From Flavobacteriaceae bacterium (lineage in GTDB: Bacteria; Bacteroidota; Bacteroidia; Flavobacteriales; Flavobacteriaceae): a stretch of 64,000 nucleotides of DNA. How positions within the stretch are numbered: position 1 is the stretch's first letter; every line of letters begins with the position of its first letter. The DNA lies in the NCBI GenBank assembly GCA_028280265.1, contig JANQMD010000055.1:3626-67625 (forward strand). The letters are read 5' to 3'. The notes under the pieces were generated by a model that had not been told where the DNA came from, did no database searches, and saw nothing but the letters and a program-made list of their open reading frames with translations. A program made the translations under genes and the position numbers. This document shows, piece after piece, positions 17,833 through 24,740 of this stretch.

Positions 17833-18840
17833 TTATATAACCAATTTTAAATCTGCATAGTTAACAAACTTGTGCTCTAAGTTTGTAGGAGTCGGATAGT
17901 ACTCTGAGTGAATGATTTTGGCTAAAACTTCAATTCCATTTACCAGTGTACTTGCAGATGGCTGTGTAAACATATCGAAATCAGCTATATAAACCTGATC
18001 ATTTTTTACAGCTTGAAGTGTTTCCCACTCTGGTTTTTCTTCTAAAAACTTCATATCATCTAAAGTCCTTTTAACATTATACCCGCATGGAGCAATAATT
18101 AAAACCTCTGGATTGTACATCACAATTTTTTCCCATGGAATTACAATACTATCACCTGAAGGATGTGACATCATATCGATACCACCTGCATACGATATTT
18201 GGTGAGGTATCCAATGTCCACAATTGAATAACGGATCAATCCATTCTAATAAAAGAGTGCTTTTTGGCAGTAGTTGATGTTTTCTTTGCACATCTATCAC
18301 TCGATCAATTCTCTTTTTTAATTTACTGACATAAGTAACTCCTATTTCTTCTTTTTTCATTGCTCTTGCAATCGTAATTGCTGTTTCAAAAACATCTTCT
18401 AAAGATTGCGGGGTTAGTGCAATTAATTCAGGCATTTTTTCAAGCTTTGATACTGCGGCGGCCGTACATTCCGTATCGATTTGACACACTTCACAAACAT
18501 CCTGTGTGAAAATAATATCAGGTGCAATGTTTTGTAGTTTCTCTTCTTCTACATAGTATAAGCTTTCCCCCGTTTTCTTACTATTAGAAAACAATTCGTC
18601 TATTTCTTTACTTGTATAATTTTTACCTTCTAGCAAACATCGTACAACTGGGGTTTTCTCTTTTAGAGCCTGAGTTGGACATTCAAAAGTGATTCCTTCT
18701 AAAGAATCTTGCAATCCCATGTCATAAATCATTTGTGTAACAGCTGGTAAAAAAGAAGAAACAATCATATCGTAAATTTTAAATGCTAAAATACTTTGTT
18801 TTACTAATATTCTTTTCATTTCTCTAAAATCTTTTATCAT
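17833..18840 (-). CDS. BtuF/TroA-like periplasmic-binding-protein-fold protein without a signal peptide
   Basis: Peripla_BP_2-like pattern: IVSSFLPAVTQMIYDMGL, DIIFTQDVCEVCQ, PEVLIIAPCGY. There is no hydrophobic N-terminus. The start is uncertain: ATGs at 18840, 18819 and 18768, and the last would leave a 98-bp divergent promoter region. Confidence 0.6.
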   Translation of the reverse strand: MIKDFREMKRILVKQSILAFKIYDMIVSSFLPAVTQMIYDMGLQDSLEGITFECPTQALKEKTPVVRCLLEGKNYTSKEIDELFSNSKKTGESLYYVEEEKLQNIAPDIIFTQDVCEVCQIDTECTAAAVSKLEKMPELIALTPQSLEDVFETAITIARAMKKEEIGVTYVSKLKKRIDRVIDVQRKHQLLPKSTLLLEWIDPLFNCGHWIPHQISYAGGIDMMSHPSGDSIVIPWEKIVMYNPEVLIIAPCGYNVKRTLDDMKFLEEKPEWETLQAVKNDQVYIADFDMFTQPSASTLVNGIEVLAKIIHSEYYPTPTNLEHKFVNYADLKLVI

Positions 18841-18866
18841 CTTTGTTGTGATTTATAATCATTCCT

Positions 18867-19370
18867 ATGATCTATTATATTACAGGGGGAGAACGTTCAG
18901 GAAAAAGTTCTTATGCCCAAAAGCTGGCAGAAGAGTTGTCTGATTCTCCTTACTATCTGGCTACTTCCAGAATTTGGGATGAAGATTTTAAAGAGCGTGT
19001 AAAAAGACATGTTTCAGATAGAGATGAAAGCTGGATTACTATTGAAGAGGAAAAAAACATCAGTTCTGTAATACCCAGTAAGAGTGTTATCGTTATTGAT
19101 TGTGTTACGTTATGGCTAACCAATCTTTTTGTAGATACCAAATACAATGTTCAACAATCGCTGGAGTTTGCTAAAAAAGAAGTCGAAAAACTTTTAGCTA
19201 TAGATGCAACTATCATTATCATTTCTAATGAAATAGGCATGGGGGTGCATTCATCATCAGAATCTGGAAGAAAGTTTACTGAACTACAGGGATGGACCAA
19301 TCAATTTATTGCTAAAAAATCTGAGAAAGCTGTATTGATGGTTTCTGGATTGCCAATCACATTAAAATAA
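18867..19370 (+). CDS. cobU: adenosylcobinamide kinase / adenosylcobinamide-phosphate guanylyltransferase
   Basis: P-loop ITGGERSGKSSYA, a 167-aa size and its operon context. Confidence 0.9.
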   Translation: MIYYITGGERSGKSSYAQKLAEELSDSPYYLATSRIWDEDFKERVKRHVSDRDESWITIEEEKNISSVIPSKSVIVIDCVTLWLTNLFVDTKYNVQQSLEFAKKEVEKLLAIDATIIIISNEIGMGVHSSSESGRKFTELQGWTNQFIAKKSEKAVLMVSGLPITLK

Positions 19371-19380
19371 AATATATCCT

Positions 19381-20421
19381 ATGAATCATAGTCCAATTAC
19401 CCCAATTTCTTTATCAATAGAAGAATCGCTACAAAAGAAAATAGATTTCAAAACCAAACCACTTGGAGCTCTAGGAACTCTGGAAGGACTTGCATTACAA
19501 ATAGGTAAAATTCAAAATACAACAGAGCCTATAATTACAAAACCATCAATTGTTGTTTTTGCAGGGGATCACGGGATTGTAAATTCTCGTCAGGTAAGTC
19601 CATATCCTCAAGAAGTAACCCAACAAATGGTTTTGAATTTTTTAAATGGAGGTGCAGCTATTAATGTGTTTTGTAAGCAACATCAAATTGATTTGCTAAT
19701 TGTAGATGCTGGTGTAAATGCTAGTTTTGAAGAACACCCTAAATTGATCAATGCTAAAATAGCTATGGGGACTCAGGATTATTCTAAGCAAAAAGCAATG
19801 ACTATTGAACAGTGTTATTCTGCAATTTCTCAAGGCAGGAAACAAATTCAAAAGCTTCATAATCAAGGAACTAATTGCATAGGATTTGGTGAAATGGGGA
19901 TAGGAAATACTTCTGCTGCTACCCTACTCATGAGCTATTTTACACAAACAGCTATCGAAGATTGTGTTGGTAAAGGTACAGGGCTTACAGAAGAAGGTGT
20001 TTTACAAAAAGCTGTTATTTTAAAAAATGTCTACGAATTACATCAAGAAAATATTCAATCTCCTATAGATGCAATTTCATCTTTTGGTGGTTATGAGATA
20101 GCAATGATATGTGGAGCGATTTTAGAAGCCGCTTCTCTTAAAATGATCATTTTAGTTGACGGTTTTATTGTAACTTCTGCTCTTCTTGCTGCTCATGCCA
20201 TCGATAATAACGTTCTTGACTACTGTATTTTTAGCCATACTTCTGGAGAAAGAGGACATCAAAAAATGTTATCCTTTTTGAATGTTACTCCGATCTTGAA
20301 TTTAGGCATGCGCTTGGGAGAAGGAACTGGATGTGCTGTTGCCTTTCCTATTGTAGCCTCAGCAATTCACTTTTTAAATGAAATGGCAACTTTTGAAAGT
20401 GCCAATGTAAGTGAAGCATAG
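19381..20421 (+). CDS. cobT: nicotinate-nucleotide--dimethylbenzimidazole phosphoribosyltransferase
   Basis: Motifs KTKPLGALGTLE, VFAGDHG, GEMGIGNTS and LGMRLGEGTGC. Confidence 0.92.
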   Translation: MNHSPITPISLSIEESLQKKIDFKTKPLGALGTLEGLALQIGKIQNTTEPIITKPSIVVFAGDHGIVNSRQVSPYPQEVTQQMVLNFLNGGAAINVFCKQHQIDLLIVDAGVNASFEEHPKLINAKIAMGTQDYSKQKAMTIEQCYSAISQGRKQIQKLHNQGTNCIGFGEMGIGNTSAATLLMSYFTQTAIEDCVGKGTGLTEEGVLQKAVILKNVYELHQENIQSPIDAISSFGGYEIAMICGAILEAASLKMIILVDGFIVTSALLAAHAIDNNVLDYCIFSHTSGERGHQKMLSFLNVTPILNLGMRLGEGTGCAVAFPIVASAIHFLNEMATFESANVSEA

Positions 20422-20424
20422 CTT

Positions 20425-21192
20425 ATGAAAGGACAGATTCGTTATTTTTTAACAGCTATTTTCTTTTTCACAAGAATTCCTTGTCCAAAATGGATTGATC
20501 ATTCTTCTGAAGCTTTGAACAAAAGCAATCGATATTTTTCCTTAGTTGGAATTGTAGTTGGTAGTTTTTCCGCTCTTGTATATTATTTTACAAGTTTTTT
20601 ATTCTCTTCTGAAATCGCAATATTACTCAGTATGGTTTCTTCTGTGTGGATTACTGGTGCATTTCATGAAGATGGCTTTGCTGATGTCTGTGACGGTTTT
20701 GGTGGTGGGTGGACTAAAGAGAAAATTCTCACCATCATGAAAGATTCCACTTTAGGAACATTTGGAGTCACAGGATTGGTCTTTATTTTTTTAATTAAAT
20801 TTCTGTTATTAAATGAATTGAATTACTCAATCTATACAATTATTTTTATTATTATTTCTGGACATAGTTTGAGTCGTTTTATAGCAACGATCCTTTTGTA
20901 TACCCACCCTTATGTAAGAGATATTGATAGCTCTAAAATTAAGCCCACTTCTACCCAAATGAGTACTAAAGCTCTTATCATTTCTGGATTTTTCGGAATA
21001 CTTCCCTTACTCTTTTTTGAGAGTTATTGGATCTTTCTGGCAGTTATTCCTATGTTCCTTTCTTATATTTATATGGGACATTTTTTCAAAAAATGGATTG
21101 GTGGGCAAACTGGTGATTGTGCAGGAGCTTTGCAACAAGTATCTGAGATTGTATTTTACCTATCAGCAGTAGTTATATGGAAATTCTTTTAA
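20425..21192 (+). CDS. cobS: adenosylcobinamide-GDP ribazoletransferase (cobalamin synthase)
   Basis: Polytopic membrane protein with the CobS motifs TGAFHEDGFADVCDG and GGQTGDCAGA. Confidence 0.9.
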   Translation: MKGQIRYFLTAIFFFTRIPCPKWIDHSSEALNKSNRYFSLVGIVVGSFSALVYYFTSFLFSSEIAILLSMVSSVWITGAFHEDGFADVCDGFGGGWTKEKILTIMKDSTLGTFGVTGLVFIFLIKFLLLNELNYSIYTIIFIIISGHSLSRFIATILLYTHPYVRDIDSSKIKPTSTQMSTKALIISGFFGILPLLFFESYWIFLAVIPMFLSYIYMGHFFKKWIGGQTGDCAGALQQVSEIVFYLSAVVIWKFF

Positions 21193-21701
21193 TCCGACAT
21201 ACAACACCAAAAGTGCATAAAGGAATTTGTTATGGGCAAACTAATCTTGATTTAAAAGAAACATATCCACAAGAACTGAAAAAAATTCAAAAAGCATTAT
21301 CTACTGAAAGCTTTTTTAGGGTTTACAGTAGCCCTTTAAAACGTTGTGCTATTCTCGCGAAAGATTTAAGTAATCATGTGGTTTATGATGATCGATTACA
21401 AGAACTTAACTTTGGAGATTGGGAAATGCAGCCCTGGGATCAAATAAATTCTGACGAATTGAATCTTTGGATGGAGGATTTTGTAAATGAACAGGTTCCT
21501 AATGGTGAGTCATATCTACAATTAAGTGAAAGAGCCATCTCATTTGTAAAAGAGTTAAAAAATAATGGTATTGAAAAAGCTATTTTGATAACGCATGCAG
21601 GATTTATCAGAAGCCTGGTGGCCTATACCAATAAAACGCATTTGAAAGACTCTTTTGATTTAAAGTTAGCCTACGGAGATCATATTTATATTACTTTATA
21701 A
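21177..21701 (+). CDS. cobC: alpha-ribazole phosphatase (histidine phosphatase family)
   Basis: LLIRHTT (RHG-type motif) and ITHAGFIR. Overlaps the cobS 3' end by 16 nt. Confidence 0.8.
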   Translation: MEILLIRHTTPKVHKGICYGQTNLDLKETYPQELKKIQKALSTESFFRVYSSPLKRCAILAKDLSNHVVYDDRLQELNFGDWEMQPWDQINSDELNLWMEDFVNEQVPNGESYLQLSERAISFVKELKNNGIEKAILITHAGFIRSLVAYTNKTHLKDSFDLKLAYGDHIYITL

Positions 21702-21709
21702 TTATTAAA

Positions 21710-22831
21710 ATGAAAAATAAAACACCTTATTTTCTCGCACTTCTTTTACTCATCTTATCATGTAAAAAAGAAAAAGTCAAAAAAAATATTCCTAGCGAAA
21801 CTACTGCTGCATCAGTAATTAAATATGCCAAAGGCTTTGATATCGTCATGGAAAATGGAGAAAAAAAACTCATCATTAAATCACCTTATAAAGATGCTGA
21901 AAAACAATTCGTTTATACTTTAAGTAATAAGGTCGATTTAACCAAGAATGCAATTAAAGTTCCAGCCCAAAGAATTGTAGTTACTAGCACCACTCATGTT
22001 CCTATGGTTGAATTACTAGGAGCAGAAAAAAGAATCAAAGGGTACCCGAATACTAAATTTGTCTCGTCTAAAAGGACCCGAAAATTAATCGATAGTGGGG
22101 AAATTAAAGAGTTGGGAAGTGAACAAGACATAAACATGGAAATGCTCATTTCTGTAAATCCTGATCTCGTAGTTGGATTTGCCGTGAATTCGGACCACAA
22201 AATGCACAATTCCTTGCAAAAGATTGGAATTCCAATTATATACAACGGTGCTTGGTTAGAGCAAACTCCCCTAGGGAGAGCTGAATGGATTAAGTTCTTT
22301 GGTGTTTTATTAGGATTAGAAAAAAAAGCAGATAGTGTTTTTCAAAAAATTGAAAGTGAGTACTTAAAATCACTCAAGCTTACAGAAAAAATTGAGAAAA
22401 AGCCATCTGTCATTTCTGGCAGCCTCTATAAAGACATCTGGTATGTTCCTGCAGGAGAAAGCTTTGTAGCTACTTACTTCAAAGAAGCTAAATACAATTA
22501 TATTTGGAAAGGCACAAAAGGAACTGGAAGCTTGCCTTTGAGTTTAGAAACTGTTTTGGACAAAGGAAAAGAGGCTGATTATTGGATTGGTACAGGGTTA
22601 TTTGAAACTAAAGAACAATTAAAAAGTGCTAATAAAAACTATGTCAATTTTGCACCGTACCAAAAAAATTCTATCTACACAATGGCTACAAAAAAAGGAG
22701 CAACTGGTGGACTGATTTATTTTGAGTTATCTCCTGTGAGGCCAGATTTGGTTTTAAAGGATATGATTAAAATAGCGAACCCAGATTTGTTACCAGACTA
22801 TAAACTGACATTTTTCGAAAAAATGAAATAA
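21710..22831 (+). CDS. BtuF-like substrate-binding lipoprotein (Peripla_BP_2 family)
   Basis: Lipoprotein signal LLLILSC|KKE. The pattern RIVVTSTTHVPMVELLG and NPDLVVGF is typical of siderophore/B12 binders. It is the last gene of the cob operon, 8 nt after cobC. Confidence 0.7.
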   Translation: MKNKTPYFLALLLLILSCKKEKVKKNIPSETTAASVIKYAKGFDIVMENGEKKLIIKSPYKDAEKQFVYTLSNKVDLTKNAIKVPAQRIVVTSTTHVPMVELLGAEKRIKGYPNTKFVSSKRTRKLIDSGEIKELGSEQDINMEMLISVNPDLVVGFAVNSDHKMHNSLQKIGIPIIYNGAWLEQTPLGRAEWIKFFGVLLGLEKKADSVFQKIESEYLKSLKLTEKIEKKPSVISGSLYKDIWYVPAGESFVATYFKEAKYNYIWKGTKGTGSLPLSLETVLDKGKEADYWIGTGLFETKEQLKSANKNYVNFAPYQKNSIYTMATKKGATGGLIYFELSPVRPDLVLKDMIKIANPDLLPDYKLTFFEKMK

Positions 22832-22863
22832 CTGAATGAAGGTTGAGAGTATCACATAAAAAA

Positions 22864-22895
22864 ATAAACCTTAGCTAAATTCTAAGGTTTATTTG
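22864..22895 (+). terminator. candidate terminator after the cob operon
   Basis: 10-bp stem ATAAACCTTA (22864-22873) pairs with TAAGGTTTAT (22883-22892), followed by a weak T tract. Confidence 0.5.
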
Positions 22896-22976
22896 GATAC
22901 TTTGATTAGGAAGATTGGGGAGACATATAGATGGTACAAAACTAAGGGTTTTTACAGCTCAAAAAGAGTTTCAAAA

Positions 22977-23010
22977 GGGTAGTTTTAGGGTAGTTTTAGG
23001 GTAGTATTTA
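22977..23010. repeat. 11-bp tandem repeat, 3 units (GGGTAGTTTTA x2 plus GGGTAGTATTT)
   Basis: Read directly. Units lie at 22977-22987, 22988-22998 and 22999-23009, in the convergent intergenic region. Confidence 0.9.
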
Positions 23011-23021
23011 ATAAAAAAGCC

Positions 23022-24329
23022 TTATTTTGTTGTGTTTTCTGCAATTGTGTATACTTCCTTTCGACTTTTTATTTCTAACTTTTCATAGATATTCTTGATA
23101 TGAAACTTCACTGTATTGATAGAAACATTTAACTCATTCGCAATCTCTTTGTTCGTTTTCAAAAGAGCAAGGAGATTAAAGATTTCTCTTTCTCTAGAAC
23201 TTAAGGTTTCTATTTTATCTCTTGGAGAAGTTCTAGAAATTGTTTCTGTAGAAAACCTGATAATTTCATTTCTCATGTAAATATTTTCTTCTTTTAAGGT
23301 GTTCATCCTATACAATACTGCTACAGACAGTATAATCATCTCTAAAAAAGCGCCAATTTTAATATTGGTAGAATTTATATCTATAAACGATATTCCTAAA
23401 AATTTTAAAATGTAAAAGTCAATAGCAGAAAACAAGAAAATTACATACGCAAAAGTTAAAATTTTTGTGTAAACATTTTTATGAAACAGCAATATGGACG
23501 AAAACCAAAAAATGAATAATAGAGAAAACAATAATATATTCACCGTGAGTATGTAGTAAAAATTTTCATCCACTATAAAAAGAATTCCAAAAATAATCAG
23601 GCTAAAAATTAAAGCATAACTTATTGTTTTAATTTTTGGATAATGGATATCTAAGAGCAAGTAATTATATGCAAACTTGTAAGAAAAAAAAGCTAAAAAA
23701 ATATAATTTAAAACTATTACCATAGTAATAGCACTCTCATTAATATTGAAAAAATTTAACATTCCGTCCATTGTAAATACTGCTAGCGTTATATTAAACA
23801 ACAGCATTGAGTAATGAAAAAATGTATCATCTTTAAATACGAAATAGTAGCATAGGTTGTAAATTATTATTAAAAGTGCAAAGCCATAATAAAAACCATT
23901 GAATATCAATTGTTCTTTATCTCTTGATGTTAATATCTCTTCAGTATCAAATTCAATCGGTATATATGCATTAAATCTAGATTTCACTTTAATATATGTA
24001 TCGTGATTTCTCAAAAAACTATAACTGAGGTACCTTTCATTTGGTAGTTTGTCTATTCTTTTAAAGTTTTGATAGACCTCAGCTTGGTTTATACGATCGT
24101 AAATAATTTTAAAAATGTATTTTGAATCGGTATCGTGAGATGGAACTTTAAACCAATAGGTTTGATCAGCATATTTTTCTAAAACTTGTGACGTTAATAG
24201 TGTAAAATTCTTTTCAAGAATATCTTCGTACGTTAAATCATTACTCGCATCTTTGAAATAAAAAACATCTGACTGAGAAAGAATGGAACCTGTAAAAAAC
24301 AGGGATATTAAGAGCATTTTAAACTTCAT
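23022..24329 (-). CDS. membrane-tethered one-component regulator: 7TMR-DISM sensor (extracellular domain plus 7 TM) fused to a LuxR-type HTH
   Basis: Signal peptide MKFKMLLISLFFTGSILS|Q, a ~150-aa extracellular domain and seven hydrophobic segments. The C-terminus is LSSREREIFNLLALLKTNKEIANELNVSINTVKFHIKNIYEKL. The start is set at ATG 24329, which overlaps the upstream stop (ATGA). Confidence 0.75.
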   Translation of the reverse strand: MKFKMLLISLFFTGSILSQSDVFYFKDASNDLTYEDILEKNFTLLTSQVLEKYADQTYWFKVPSHDTDSKYIFKIIYDRINQAEVYQNFKRIDKLPNERYLSYSFLRNHDTYIKVKSRFNAYIPIEFDTEEILTSRDKEQLIFNGFYYGFALLIIIYNLCYYFVFKDDTFFHYSMLLFNITLAVFTMDGMLNFFNINESAITMVIVLNYIFLAFFSYKFAYNYLLLDIHYPKIKTISYALIFSLIIFGILFIVDENFYYILTVNILLFSLLFIFWFSSILLFHKNVYTKILTFAYVIFLFSAIDFYILKFLGISFIDINSTNIKIGAFLEMIILSVAVLYRMNTLKEENIYMRNEIIRFSTETISRTSPRDKIETLSSREREIFNLLALLKTNKEIANELNVSINTVKFHIKNIYEKLEIKSRKEVYTIAENTTK

Positions 24330-24655
24330 TTTGCCAATTTTTCCATTCTGTTTGCCTTCATAAATAAATACAACGGAAAGGTAAAAGCTACAGCTACTAA
24401 AAAGGTGAGAGGAATTAAAATCCACCAGGCTTTCACTTTGTTTTTAATGGCATCAGGAATATACCATACAAAAAACGTCAACACAACAACAGTTAAATCA
24501 GCCCCTAAAGACTTGCCTGCTAAGTTTGATTGTGCCAATTCAAAAAAATGAAAAAATGATGCTACTTCATACTCCATAAAGTAATGGATATTATAATACC
24601 ACGTGTAGCATAATCCTAGGATGGCTAGGAAAAGGAAAATATATTTACGTTTCAT
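24326..24655 (-). CDS. small 3-TM membrane protein (DUF2834-like, tentative)
   Basis: 109 aa with hydrophobic segments at the N-terminus, the middle and the C-terminus. Its stop TGA overlaps the ATG of the LuxR-type gene. Confidence 0.5.
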   Translation of the reverse strand: MKRKYIFLFLAILGLCYTWYYNIHYFMEYEVASFFHFFELAQSNLAGKSLGADLTVVVLTFFVWYIPDAIKNKVKAWWILIPLTFLVAVAFTFPLYLFMKANRMEKLAK

Positions 24656-24740
24656 GTAAGGAGAGAGTTAATGAGTAAATAATTTTATGTATGTTAAATT
24701 TTATGAGATCAAATTCAAAATTTTAGTTTAATAATCTAAA

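Noticed and set aside
22977-23010. CRISPR array
   Set aside because: The repeat units are 11 bp with no spacers, and there are no cas genes anywhere in the window.
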